From contig NC_045696.1 in NCBI RefSeq assembly GCF_009834535.1, positions 67,706,001 to 67,770,000 on the forward strand: a DNA stretch of 64,000 bases, read 5' to 3'. Positions 1 to 13,084 of the stretch are shown piece after piece. Each line of letters opens with the position of its first letter. The stretch's first letter is position 1. Below the pieces are notes generated by a model. The model saw only the letters and a program-made list of their open reading frames with translations. It searched no databases and was not told the origin of the DNA. The position numbers were made by a program, and so were the translations under genes. This DNA comes from Camelus ferus. Lineage: Eukaryota.

Positions 1-34
1 CGGTGAGGATGCTTGCTAACAACCTTTCACAGAG

Positions 35-200
35 AGACAGTGTAGTATCACGATAAGAGCTTGGGTCATGTGGTCTCGGGCAAGCAACCTAATCCCTCTC
101 TGTCTCAGCTTCCCACTCAGTGAAAACTCAGGATATTAACAGTATTTTCTATTATACCTTCTGCAAGGACTGAATGAGCCAGTAACCATGAAGGCATTAC
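35..200 (+). mobile_element. MIR SINE remnant
   Basis: Contains the MIR core GGGCAAG..ACCTAA..CTCTCTG.CTCAG.TTCC and a GACTGAATGAG tail. Confidence 0.6.
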
Positions 201-2089
201 AAAGAAAAATCATAACTTGTCTTAGGTGGTATCTAGTACTCATACTTCAGAGCAGGTTTTAAAACTTCAGACTACACAGCCATTTTTCCACACTAGCATT
301 TTAAGCATGAAGTTCCCCAAGTGATTAGAATATGCTTCCTAAGGAGACATGGGATTCCAGTAGTTAAAAATCACTCTTGCTAATATAGAACATTCATTAG
401 GTATTACTTACCTACTAACTTTGGCAATTAACAAAAAGTTATGTTAGGGTCTTTACTGTGCACGCTTGTCTTTATGCTGTCACATGCAAAGATACAAATG
501 GTGGGCCAGACTTTAAACTGATCTCATTTTTAGAGGTAGATGGCTAGAAACATGGAGAATCAGAATGGCAGTCAATTAATACTGAAACAAATCTAAGTTA
601 AGGAAGATCTTTTATTCCCCAGCCATTAGAGGCTCTGGACAATTACACAATTGGTCTTGCCTACTTTCTCACCCTTCATTTCCATCAATTCAAGACTAAT
701 CGAGGTCACATCCAACATGAAACTTTGCAAAACTGATTCACTCACCTCTTCTGAAGATCATTAGAACTTTCTCAAGGGCTTTCTTTTAACATTTATGATT
801 CCTGTTTTGTGTGAACTATCTGTCTATAAGTATCTGATCATGGCGGGAAATGCTCTACTCTCTAAACAAGTGGGGATGTTAGCTCTATTTTTTTTTGTAT
901 AATATTTCACACTGATCAATAAGAAGGTAAGAGTAGTCAGAGGCCAGTGTTACCAATAATATCTATCTCATCTTCCATATCAGATGTTAAGCTCTTTGAT
1001 GATGAGCTAAATTTTAATCGATTTTTGCATGTCCTTTGGCATTTAGAAATATGGCATCTAGATGGAGTATGTTATATATTGTAAGTAAAATTTTAAGAAA
1101 AATAGTTCTACGCAGCAATATAGTGACACCGGTACTTTGTAAGCAGCTGTTGAGCTGCACAGAAAGACCTTCAGATGCCACAAAATTGCAGATGCTGGAA
1201 AAGCTACCCCCTATTGATAAACACTTCAGGCCAATTATACAAAGAACCATTATGAAGACTGCAAAGTACTGCAGTAGTCATTTCAAGGCAAAGGGATAAT
1301 TTGAAAAGGGATAACGTGAAAGAGAAGGGCGAAAGAAACTCAGCTGGTGAGACGTACACGTCAAGGCGAATGACATGATGTGAACAGAAAGTCTTGAAGA
1401 TGAGATGCCACCCATTTGCCTGTTACTGATTATATTGCCACCCGAGGTGGAGACTGGATGAGAAGACCAGTAGGATCCCTGGCTTCTCAGAAGAATGTCC
1501 CCGCTAACCTACTGACCCTGTCATAGCAACAGAAGTAGATGAAACCCTCATCCCTCACCTGTGTTCACGCTGTCCCTCACTTAAGAATACTGTTTTTAAA
1601 TGCTTAGGTGCCATTAAAAAAAAAAAATGGAGTAGCGTCATACTTTATCATTCTTGGTGAAGTAATTAAAACCAGAACATTTATAAAAACATGCGACTCT
1701 AGTTCATCACCCAAAATCTTACATTTTGAACCATCATGGCTTCCATTACTACTTGTCTTGAGAACTTTCCCTGCCACTCGTGAGAGAGTAAGTGGTGCGT
1801 CTTTTCTATTTTCACTTCTCATTCAACAACCACACTCCTCCACTGCTCCGAGAACGGGAGGCTGTGTCTGTTTAAGTATACAACTATCGGAATCTGGAGA
1901 TACAAAATCCATGCTAATAAAGTGGCCCATACCTTCACATTTCTTAATATAAAAGCTCTTCTATTTCTATTTCTATCTTTATTCGTAAGAAGTTCATAAG
2001 CCCATCTTTTCAATAGCTTTAAGGGAAACCACAGAAGCATCAGAGCCTAACAAATCTTCGTACATCCACTTTGATCTTACACAGAGGCT

Positions 2090-2603
2090 GGGATTATCTT
2101 AAAACAAAACCAGACCCTATCACTCCCTTGCAAAAACGCTCCAGTGAATTTCCACTTTGCTTAGAATAAGGACAAACTGCTCACCACGGTCCATAAGATC
2201 TGGACCCTCCTCACCTTTCCCACCTCATTTTATTCATTCTCTTCTGCCACCTAAGTTCCAGCCTCACTGGCTTGCTTTCTATTCCTGTAAATGCCAAGCT
2301 GAGAAGACTCATCCTTGCCGTCCTCTGCTTGGAATATTCTTCACCCAGATCTTAGAATACCTGGACCTTGATCATTATTCAGGTTTCAGCTTAAATGTCA
2401 TTTCTTCAACGACTTCCCTGAGTTGGCTACCAAAACCAGTCACTCTCTGTCCCATTATTAAAATCTTTTATTTCATTCAGAGAAAGTATCACTGCCTAAA
2501 ATTACATCTTATTGCCTCCCTTCTGAAAACGTTATTGGACTATAAGCTTTAAGAGGAATGCAGTCTTAACCTCTTTCTGACTCTAACACAGCACCCAAAG
2601 ACA
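2090..2603 (+). mobile_element. L2 LINE 3' region
   Basis: L2-type motifs: CACTCCCTTGC..AAAC.CTCCAGTG, CCTCTGCTTGGAAT, TTCAGGTTTCAGCTTAAATGTCA, GACTATAAGCT. Confidence 0.7.
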
Positions 2604-2620
2604 GGCGTTGAATACTTTTT

Positions 2621-2855
2621 TCAAGTTTCGCTCTGTTTTGGTTTTTTTTTTTTTTTTTTTGAGGTTCCAAGAAATTTTAATGAAGTATAGTCAGTTTCCA
2701 ATGTTGTGTCAATTTCTGGTGTATAGTGTAATGTTTCAGATACATATACATACATATATTCTTTTTCATTACAGGTTACTATAAGATATTGAATATAGTT
2801 CCCTGTGCTATACAGTAGAAACTTATTTATCTATTTTATATATAGTAGTTAGTAT
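2621..2855 (-). mobile_element. Short 5'-truncated artiodactyl/camelid L1 3' end with target-site duplication
   Basis: Reverse complement contains TATAGCACAGGGAACTATATTCAATATCTT...ACTATACTTCA plus an A-rich tail. Flanked by GGCGTTGAATACTTTTT (2604-2620) and GGTGTTGAATAATTTTT (2856-2872). Confidence 0.85.
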
Positions 2856-2989
2856 GGTGTTGAATAATTTTTAAATGAATCAACGAAGAAACAAACAAAA
2901 TCACATGTTGGCATCTAATGAAAAAGATACTCTTTGCTTTAACACTTAACTTTGCCTTTACACATGAAAATTTATAGAAGAAAGAGTTT

Positions 2990-3160
2990 CTGAACTGAGC
3001 AAGCCACTTAATTTTTCCAAGACTCAGGTTTTATCTGCAAAATGAAAATAATAACTCTATTTCCCTGCAAGTCTTACTGAGAAGACAGCATGAGCTAATC
3101 CATGGAAAGCACTTAGCACAGTACCTGATATAATGTTTAATCAGTGCTAGCAGCTATTAA
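2990..3160 (+). mobile_element. MIR SINE
   Basis: GAGCAAGCCACTTAA...CTCAGGTTTTATCTGCAAAATG...GGAAAGCACTTAGCACAGTACCTG. Confidence 0.8.
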
Positions 3161-3579
3161 TCCATACAGCTTTAAAATACTTAACAGCCCCATCTATCAC
3201 ATAGATTTTTAGTTCCCCACCTTTATTCTAAGTCCTTTAAAATATAATAGTAACCTCTTAAATAGGTGTAGTATTTTATAGTCAGAGTACGTCTACATCT
3301 GTCATCACATCCGACTTTCTCTGGAGTTTGGAACTGTAAACATCACCAAAGTAGACAACATGTGGTGGTAAAAGGAGGGCTGAGGAGCTTCGGTGGTAGC
3401 AGGTGGGAGGGACGGGGGATACACACTTTGGGGAAATCATGCATAAAGCAGGAGTCATATACTGGAGGACCCTGAGGCTTTGCACCCTTTTCAGATAATA
3501 AAAGTCACTGTCACACCACTGCAGAGTTACTTGCATAAAAAAGTTATCCGAGGGAATGAGTCTGTGCCCAGTACTTGCC

Positions 3580-4365
3580 TATTCGTTAATTGTCACATCT
3601 TTTCTGAGGACTTATTACTTGCCTAGGTACTGTTCTCTGTAGAGCAGTTAACTAAACAGAAAACAAAACAAAGCAAAACAAAACAAAACACTCTGCTCTT
3701 GTGATACATTCTAGGGGGAGAGAAACAAAAAACCAAATGATTAAAATATAAAGTATGTTAGATGGTGATAATGTTACAGTAAAAATGAAGTAAAGTTGGG
3801 TAGGGACACTGTGGGGCAGGGGACGTCTTTTAGGGTGGTCAGGGAAGACGTCTCCAGCAAAGTAACCTCTGAGTGAGGTCCTGCAGGAGGTGAGAGAACA
3901 GGCCATGTGGATATCTGGGGAAAAGCATTCCAGGCAGAGGGCACAGTGAAACAAAGGCCCCGAAACAGGAGTGTGGCTGGAGGAGGGTGAAGAGGAGGGT
4001 GGGGTGGGGAGGGAGAGATGTGATCAGACAGAGTTGGACCGTGTAAGCACAGTTTTTTTCTGAGCATGGATTTTCTGAGGCGAGAAGCTGCTGGCGAGTT
4101 TTGAGCAGGACAGTGAAAGAATGTGACATTTAGGATGACTCTGTGTTGAAAACAGGTCAAGGTGGGACAAAGATGGAAGAGCAGAGCAGTGGGAGGGCGT
4201 GGTGGTAACCGAAGCAAGATGGGATGGGGCCTGGGCATGTGCAGGCGATGGAGGCGCTGAGACAAAATCAGATTTTAGACAGACTTTCAAGGTGGAGATG
4301 AACGCATTTGCTGCGTGAGAGAAAAGAGGAGACAAGCAAGACTTCATGCTCTAGGCCTGAGCTTC
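3580..4365 (-). mobile_element. L2 (L2a-like) LINE 3' region
   Basis: Typical antisense L2 motifs: AGGGTGGTCAGGGAAG, GGCCATGTGGATATCTGGGGAAAAGCATTCCAGGCAGAGG, AGAGAAAAGAGGAG. Confidence 0.85.
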
Positions 4366-4944
4366 TGGGAGAGCAGAATCGTTTCTGAAAAGGGCCACAA
4401 CTCCCTGTGCAGGAGCAGGCTTGGGCGGGGGTGAGGACAGAAGGCCGTATGAGATGAAAAAGGCCACAGAGATGAAAAAAAAGCCTCATCAGGTTTACAC
4501 ATCACACATGCTGCGTGGGACAGAGATGAGCAGTTCTAACTGACCACAGCAAAAAAGAGAAAAACTGTAAGAATGTAGGCTGGGAAATTAGCCTCAGGGA
4601 CTAAAATGGGCTGCATCTGAAGGATTAATGCATTGTTAGTGCAAGCTAGGAGCCAAAGACTAGAAGAGATCAGGAACACAGCTGGGATAAAAAATAAAAC
4701 ACCTGTAAAAGCAAAATTATTAAAAAACCACATAAAGAACTCTAGGTAATAAGAACTGTATGTGGGTCCACATCAAGTCAATGTCACTTCACCTTGATTG
4801 ATTGATTCATTCATGAGTGCCTGACACATGCAAGATATTATGTGAGGTGTACAAGAAATAAAGCTGAGTTAGACACGATTCACACCCTTCTTGAACATAG
4901 ATGTCTATGTGGGAAGGTAGACATAATGTGATTAAAATCAAACA

Positions 4945-5510
4945 GGATGTGAAAATGTGGAGGGAATGGAATACTCACACACTGCTGGTGAAAATGTAAC
5001 GTGATGTAGCCCCTTTGGAAAGCAGTCCAACAATTCTTCAAAAGATTAAACAAAAAGTTACCATATAACCCAGCAAGTCCATTTCTAGGAATATACCCAA
5101 AAGAACTAAAAGCAAATGTCCATACAAAAACTTGTATTCAAATATTGATAACATCACTCATAATAGTCAAAGTGGGGGAAAAAACAAGAATCTATCAACT
5201 GATGAGAGAATAAACATGGTGCAGTAGATTGATACAGTGGAATATTATTTAGCAATGAAAAAGGATGAAGTACTCATACATGCTACTGCATTTATGGAAC
5301 TATAAAACATTGTGTTAAAAATCCAGTAACAAAAAACCATATATTGCATAACTCCAAATGTCCAGAATTGGCAATTTACAGATACAGAAAGTAGATTAGG
5401 GGTTACCAAGGGCTGGAGGTTTTGAGGGAAACGAGGAGTGACTGCCGATGAGTAAGGAGTTTTTTTCTGGAATGAGAAAACTGATAGTGTTGATGGTTAC
5501 AAATTGCAGA
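4945..5510 (+). mobile_element. Old L1M (L1MB/MC-like) ORF2 end and 3' UTR
   Basis: CACACTGCTGGTGAAAATGTAA, GTTACCATATAACCCAGCAA..CATTTCTAGGAATATACCCAA, GATACAGAAAGTAGATTAG.GGTTACC. Confidence 0.85.
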
Positions 5511-5692
5511 ATTCTGCAAATAGCAGGTTACTTTTCGGTTTAGATATTTAATTCTTCTGTTCCCTTCAAAGCTCCACAAACAACCTCTAGCTCCTGATGC
5601 AAGATATACTGGGTAAGAAAAAGATAGCTGAGAAATATTCAATCAATTTTAATAAGAACCTAAATTTGCAAAGCTTTTCCCATATTTTAGAT

Positions 5693-5980
5693 AAGGGGTT
5701 GGTAAACTTTTTCCATAAAGGGGCATATAGTAAATATTTGGGGCTTTTGAAGAATTTTTTTTTTCCAAACAAAACTTAGATCATGACAATTTGTAAAAAG
5801 CACATGTATGAACTTGTTGCACACAGTAACATAACAGCTACTGTTGTGCTGTCTCAGCTCTACTGCTGTAGTGTGAAGGCAGCCATAGATAACATATAAG
5901 AAACGAATATAGCTGAGTTTCAGTAACACATTATTTACAAAACCAGGTGCTAGGTGAGATCTGGCCCATAAGCTAGTCCT
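5693..5980. mobile_element. MER58-like hAT-Charlie DNA transposon (MITE)
   Basis: AGGGGTTGGTAAACTTTTTCCATAAAGGG..ATAGTAAATATTT and GCAGCCATAGATAACATATAA...TTATTTACAAAA..AGG resemble the MER58 consensus. Confidence 0.8.
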
Positions 5981-6599
5981 AGTTCATATTCCCCACCTAC
6001 CTTCTTTAGCTCTTTTTTGGTTCTCTGCTGGTTACTATCAACTTTCCTGCCTCTGCAAGGATCACCAGCTTCAGCTGTCTCCTACACAGCCTGCCTAATA
6101 CTTGGTGTCCTTTGGATGGGATGAATAGCAGGATTAAAAATACGATTTCATCTGGTAAAGATTAAAAGTATCATTGTTATAGGAACTCTATCCAGATTTG
6201 TGTTAAAGACTGCATATAGGCACCATTAAAAATAAGTAACAGCTAACAGATCCATAAAGAATGCAACTAGCACACCTACACCCGACCTTTTCACGATAGC
6301 CTCTAAAGCCACATCAAAAATGAACAAGGTGTCTGTACTGGAGGAATAAATACACCAAATATTTATAGACTGAATAAAAGACAGTCTATTATCCGGAACT
6401 TGTATTAAGGGCATAGTTTCAACTCCTTGATTCTTGATATAGTGTTGACTGAATCTTGGGTTTCAAAGGTTAAATACATGTTATATCCCAGAAATACAGC
6501 TCTATAAAGTTTTATTCCCTAAACTGTTGAGCCCGAGGAATATTTGATGTTTGGATAACTGTACAATGAGCTAACACGTGTAAACACAGACAGCTATGA

Positions 6600-6750
6600 A
6601 TGGAGGCAAGTGTCACGGAGTGGAAAGAACAGTGGTCTGGCAGTCAGAAGACCTAAGAGCTCATCCTTCCTCTGACCTTAGGTACTGGTATGTTACTAGG
6701 CAAGTTGCCTCCCGCATGTTACAGAGTTTTCCCCACATATGAAAGTGTTT
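6600..6750 (+). mobile_element. MIR SINE remnant
   Basis: GGAGTGGAAAGAACA.TGG.CTGGCAGTCAGAAGACCT...TAGGCAAGTT. Confidence 0.7.
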
Positions 6751-7724
6751 GGTAAGTTTTCTTAAGGGGTTATAAAAATGTTACATGTTAATATTATATA
6801 ATTTAAGATGTTATATTTAAGTAATCTGCTGAAATAAACCAAACTGTATTTTTTGAAGAAGATCCACTGAATTCTAAGGATGAAGTAGAGCAAACACCAT
6901 ATTATTTGCTAAGGTTATGTCTGAAAGTTGGGTTTTCCATATTCCTGAAAATCAAAGTGTTAACAAGTATATATTTTTAGGACAATAGCACTCTTGGAAA
7001 GTCAACTACTTGACTTTCACTTTGAGATACTTCCTAATACTCTGTGCACAATCTGCCACAGTTTTTATACTCACCACTAATTATTGTACATCAACTGTAG
7101 TCAAGTGTCTTTGTTTGCTGGGGAGAACAACTATCATTTCTGGTCTGAAATAGGACAGCAGGGGTGTGTGCAGCTGGCCAAGAAGGAAAGAAGGTTCCTA
7201 GAGGGACATATCAATGACTCCACTTGCAAAATGACTTCTCTCGCTTTTACACACACAAAAAATTACACGTTGGCCAGGATCGTTTATTAAAATAACTTAA
7301 ATGTTCTAAAAAGACTAGGGACCTGAGATATTTTTAAACATCTATATCTATGAAAAGGATTAGACAAGTAAAATGAATACATCATATTCACAGACATGTC
7401 TTAGTATAAGAGGACATCCACCCTCATATAACTTTTAAAATCAGGGGAAGGAGAGATGATGGACTGAGTTAAAACCACATGGACCGTCAGAACTCGTCCT
7501 CTCACAGGAGCAACCGGGAGCCCAGACGAGGACAGCAGAACGGCTGCCATTTTCTGTCATTCAGAGGCCGCACAGAACTGATGTGGGTGTCTAGGGCTGG
7601 GAGATCAGCTCCTTTTGACAACAGTTATTACACCTTCTAAAGCTCATTTATACTCCTGTTTTCACTGGTCTTGAACTGAAGCAGGGAGAAATCGTGATTT
7701 AGAAAAAAGCATTAATTTTCTCCT

Positions 7725-7840
7725 CAAATGTGCCACTGACTAACTGTATAACTACCTCTCCAAGTTACTGCAACTTCTCAGGCCTCAGTTTTCCCATCTG
7801 TAATTTGAAGGAATTATGATCCAGTGATTCTGAAGATAAC
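7725..7840 (+). mobile_element. MIR SINE remnant
   Basis: TGCCACTGACTAACTG...CAAGTTACT..AACTTCTCAGGCCTCAGTTTTCCCATCTGTAA. Confidence 0.7.
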
Positions 7841-8019
7841 TGCGATGTCTCACAGCTTCGAAAGGCTAGTCCAGGGAAGCAGAGAGTAAAGATTTATTAT
7901 ATTTTCCAATTTACATCCTTCAAATGGGAAGCTGTTCAATCAAGAAGCAAATATTCCAAGCATAGAAAGTTGATGGATAGACTCTTATCCATAAAGGAAA
8001 TGAAAAATTGAATCAAGAA

Positions 8020-9790
8020 TTTCTTGTAGGTGAAATGATCAGGTAGAAAAGCCTAAGGAGTCTTAAAAAAGCTAGTAAAACTCTTAAATTTAATGAGTCA
8101 TAAAATGCAAGGTCAATATTAAAAAATCAATGGTATCTGTATATACTAACAAATGACTGCAAATTAAGAATTTTTTTAAAAATACCATTTACAATAGCAC
8201 CCAGAGCACGAAATAATTTAACAAAATATGTGTAAAACTACAATACATTGTGGAGAGAAATTATTAACAGCATAAATAAAATGAGAGCTACACCACATTC
8301 ATGGGTTGGAAGACTCAATATTGTTAAGATTTCAGCTGTTTTCAAATTGATCTGTAGATTAAGCAAGATCTCAGTCGAAATCAGAGCAAGCTATTTTGTG
8401 GAGATTGACAAGCTGATGCTAAAATTTTTGAGGAAATACAAAATATTTAGAACAATCAAAACACTTTTGAAAGAGAACAAAGATAGAAAACTTACATTGA
8501 GGGATCAAAAAATCTATAAAAGTGATCAAGATAGTGTAGTACTGGCTTGAGGATAGATATATAAAGTAACAGAACAGAATAGAGTCCAGATAGACCCATA
8601 CATTCGTGCTCAGTTGATTTTTGTCAAAGGTATCAAGGTACGTCAATGGAAGAAAAGACTTTTTCAACAAATAATGATGGAAAAACTGTTATCCCAAGGG
8701 GGGAAAATGAACTTTGATCCTTATCTCACACAATACACAAAGTTTAATTTGAAGAGAATTAAAGCCCTAAATTTACCTGTAGAACATCAAAAAGAAAGCA
8801 TAGAATAAAATCTTTGTGAGAAGACACGAATGTCTAAGGAAATAGAAAGCATGAACTATAGAAGATAAAAGTGGCAAATTGATCTTCATCAAAATTAAAA
8901 ACTTCTGCTTTTAGAAAATAACATTAAGAAAATGAAAAGTCAAGTCACAGACTGGGAACAAATACTGGCAATGCATATGTCTAAGGACTTTTATTCAGAA
9001 TATATAATATATTCTTAACATTTAAAAAATCCAATTAAACAATGGGCCAAAAATTTGATGATACTTCACAAAAGAAGATATACAAATAGCCAATAAGTGC
9101 ATGACTAGTAAATGTTCCACATCATTAGCCAACAGGAATATGTAAATATAACCCATAATCAGATACATCTATACACCATGAAAACAGGTAAAATCAAAAA
9201 GACCAACATGCTAAGTATTGTCAGAATTAGGGAGCAACTGGACCTCTCAGACTTGGCTAGTGAGAACATGAAATGGTACATTTAGGAACACGGTTTGGCA
9301 GTCTCTTCCAAAGTTAGTTACCACGTGACCTCTGCTAGGTATTTATCCAAGAGAAATGAAAACTATGTTCATATAAAGACTTGTTCATGTAAAGACTTGT
9401 TCATAGCAGCTTTATTCATAATTAGAAATGAAAAAAATAACTGTCCCCAAACAAGTGAATGGATAAACAAAATGCAGTCCACTCATACAACGGACATGTA
9501 TATAAATGAACTGCAAAAAATTACAGTGATTAAAAGGAGCCTAGACGCAAGAGTGTATACTGATGATTCTATTTACATGGAATTCTAGAAAGGGTAAAAA
9601 TAATCTATGTTAGAAAGCAGGAAGGGTGCCTGGGGCTGAGGGTAAAGGGGGCTGACTGCAACAGGGCCTGAGGGAGCTCCGTGGGGCACTGGAAATATTG
9701 TCTATCTTGGTTGTGATGGTGGTTACCCAGGTGCATACAACTGCCTTATGCATTCCCAATGGGCACATTTAATTCTACATAAATTAACAT
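8020..9790 (+). mobile_element. Old L1M (L1MC/MD-like) fragment with decayed ORF2 C-terminus and 3' UTR
   Basis: ORFs 8248-8550 (PHSWVGRLNIVK...EIDKLMLKF), 8614-8808 (FDPYLTQYTK) and 9295-9588 (LFIAALFII) are L1 ORF2-like pieces broken by stops and frameshifts. Confidence 0.9.
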
Positions 9791-10089
9791 CAAAAAGGTA
9801 ATTAAAGAATATGAATCAACAAATTCTACGGGCTTCAGGCACATGCAGAAAGTAAAAAAGACTGTGTACATAACAACATACACACAGGTATCCCAGAAAG
9901 AATGTAAAATACTAGCACAACTGCCAACATGAGAAATTACCTAGATACTTCAGATACTGAGTTTCTGATGTGATAATGTGTGTGCTACTGAGTTCACCTA
10001 AGCTGATTTGGTAGTATAGGCTTGGGTTTTGGCATTTTGATGAACAATCTGCTGAGTTCTAAAGCAGATTTTATTAGGAAATAGGAAGT

Positions 10090-11610
10090 TTCTTCAAGTA
10101 TCTTCATTAAACAAGAATGTATTAAATACTTAGCTCCTCTGGAGGGAAACAGTGTTCAGATACTATCTACATTCCCTAAATCTTGAGTATAATATATGCT
10201 GGGGCATAGCTTGGTGGAATACAGGTAGATAAATGCCTCTAGTACAGTAAGAGTGTGAAAATTTCCACAGGAGAGGGTGAAATAATGCACAAGTTAATTT
10301 TAGAAAGAGAAGCCTTCACAAGAGAGATGAACAGTTTAGCTCAGCCTTAATGGGTCACATCAGATATGCAAATACTTCATTTATTTGGGGGGAGGCCTGG
10401 GAAGGAATTCTAGGAAGTAGAAGCTCCAAGAGAAAAGCTATAGAGATGAGAAACGCCTAGGAATGTAACTTCTCAGCTGGAAGCTGGGATGCTTAAGTGG
10501 GGAGAGAAAACTGGAAATCTAGGCTACAGTTTCAATGAATTCCGTAACTGGCTGGGAACTTCTGAAGATTTTTGAAAAAAGGCAATTAGTGACAAGGACA
10601 AAGCTGTGGAAAGATTAATCTGGTAGAACGGTTCATCCTGGTGTAGGATAAAGAGACCATTTCAGCTGGAGAGGGTGTGGAGAAAAGGGACCCCTCCTAC
10701 ACTATTGGTGAGAATGTAGATTGGTACATCCACTATGGAAAACAGTATGGAGTTTCCTTTAAAAAACTAAAAATAGACCTACTGTATGTTCCAGCAATCC
10801 CAGTTCTGGGCATATATCTGGAAGGAACTCTACTTTGAAAAGATAACATGCACCCCAATGTTCATAGTGGCACTACTTATAATAGCCAAAACATGGAAGC
10901 AACCTAAATGTCCACTGATGATTGGATGATTGGATGACTGGATAAAGAAGATGTGGTGTATGCATGCAATGGAATACTACTCAGCAACAAAAAAGAATGA
11001 AATAATGCCATTTGTAGCAACATGGATGGACCTAGAGATTATCCTATTAAGTGAAATAAGACAAGTATCATATGATATCTCTTTATGTGAAATCTAAAAT
11101 ATGATAAAAGTGAACTTATTTACAAAACAGAAACAGACTTAGAGACATAGAAAACAAACTTATGGTTACCAAAGGGGATGGTGGGGGGAGGATAAATTAG
11201 GAGTTTGGGATTAGCAGATACATACTACTATATATAAAACAGACAAACAACAAGGACCATACTATATAGCACAGGGAACTGTATTCAATATCTTGTAATA
11301 ACCTCTAATGGAAAAGCATATGAAAAAAGAATATATATATGTATATAACTGAATTACTTTGCTGTACCAGAAACTAACACAACACTGTAAATCAACTATA
11401 CTTCAATTAACAAAAAAGAAAAAAAAAGATCATTTCATAGGCTCAGGTGAGAAAGGAGGACAACTGAACCAGGACAGTAGCAAGGGGGATTTAGATAAGA
11501 AAGTAGATTTGAGATACCATGAAGGGAGAAAGACTGGGATAAATTGTGCATGGGTGATAGGGAAGAGGAAGCACAGCTCCAAGGTGCTGGTGCGGAGCCT
11601 GGGAGCCCAG
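10090..11610 (-). mobile_element. Degraded L2 interrupted by a younger L1
   Basis: Antisense L2-like purine-rich text on both sides of the 10665-11422 insertion (GAAGATTTTTGAA, GAAAGATTAATCTGG ... CAGGTGAGA..GAGG...CTGAACCAGGACAGTAGCA). Confidence 0.55.
10665..11422 (+). mobile_element. 5'-truncated artiodactyl/camelid L1 (ORF2 end, 3' UTR, A-tail) with TSD
   Basis: Starts GCTGGAGAGGGTGTGGAGAAAAGGGA.CCCTCCTACACT and ends AAATCAACTATACTTCAATT plus A-tail. TSD is AAAGAGACCATTTCA (10650-10664) / AAAAAGATCATTTCA (11423-11437). Confidence 0.93.
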
Positions 11611-11789
11611 CAGGGACTTAACCGGTGCTTCCCCTCCACTGTCGATCTCATGACACAGCACCACGACTGCCTGAGCCCACGTCTGCCTTGACCTGGCCCA
11701 CAGCGGAGCCACATCCAGTGGTGGTGATGCTGACATGGCACTCGCCCCACCCAAACACCAAACCAACATCCATCGTTTACCAGGTGGAA

Positions 11790-12010
11790 AGCACGAGGAC
11801 AATCTTCAGAAGACCTGACTTGGAACCGAGGCTCGCACGTGAATCTGACGTATGACCTTAGGTGAGTGACTCTCATTGCTGAGCCTTTGAACCCCCATCA
11901 GTGAAAGACAGAAATCTTGATCTGTGCTTAATGATCATGGATTTGTGAGGTCCACAAAACACTTTGGAAACTGAAAAACCCTGTGGAAAGGGGAATTACT
12001 ATTATTACAG
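11790..12010 (+). mobile_element. MIR SINE remnant
   Basis: GGTGGAAAGCAC..GGAC...TCAGAAGACCTG...TGACCTTAGGTGAGTGACT...GATTTGTGAGG...TATTATTA. Confidence 0.65.
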
Positions 12011-13084
12011 TCACTGTCATCCTCAAGCAATCTCTTTTATCCTCAGCTTTATACATGTCCAGGTATTATCAGCATCTGACCTGAGGCCCATATCCGCATC
12101 CATCCCTCTTCCCACCCTCTCTCTCTTGTTTGTTTCTCTGATCCTGGACTTAAGAGGTATTTAGCAAAAAGAATACCAGTTTTCTCTCAAATGTCACCAA
12201 TTCTCTGCAGTACACCCAATATATACACCATTCTCTTTTCTACAATGAAATGAAATTTAAACATGTTGATATTATTTGAATACTTAAAACACTACTGCAT
12301 CAACATTCTCAAATATTTTTTTAATCTCAACAACTGACCAGTCTTGGGGACCCTTCAACACTGACCCTAGAGGTTCATTACCTTCTTTATCCTCTCTGAC
12401 CCATAAAATATCCCCCAGATTCAAACACTAAATGAAGAGCTGTGATTTGATCTATCACTGGATAAGAAAAACTTCCTGTTGGATTTATTGAAAGGTGGTT
12501 CATTGATCTCCCAGGTCTCACCTTCTTGAAGAATTTTCCAAGGAAATTTTAATAGATGATTTTACAATGGAGCCTAACCCCCACATGAGGTGGCCTCTAG
12601 CAACTTGCCTGAGATGCATGACACCAGTGCTTTTTACCATTTACAGAGCAAATGCCTGTCTCTTTACCAGAACCAAGGCTGACACAGATTAGATTGATGA
12701 CATGGAAGTGGAAGCTAAAGCCACCTGGCACTGTGGACCTGAGAGTGATGGCTGGCCTGCAGGTCCTGGCCCCGGGGCTTATCTGAATAGTGGAGAAGAT
12801 ACATATGTGAAGATACTGCACTGGACCAGAGCTCTGTGAGCTACACAGCAACCAGCAGCTACCAGCTTTTAGAAAATGGCAGAAAGAACAGATTCCACTG
12901 TGTCTTTAAGAGGATTTCTAGTGAGAAGGGAACAGTTCTCTCTTATAAAGACTTGCTTATAACAATATTTTAAAGGAACTCAGCCCAGTGGGTCCAGGAA
13001 ACACATTATGCTCTCCTGTAGCATACAAATTCATTATGGGAACACAAGTATAACCATGATCCCCCGTCTTGCAGGCTCTGATTT

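Noticed and set aside
8248..9588. ORFs suggesting a reverse-transcriptase-related gene
   Set aside because: Fragmented remnants of L1 ORF2 with stops and frameshifts.
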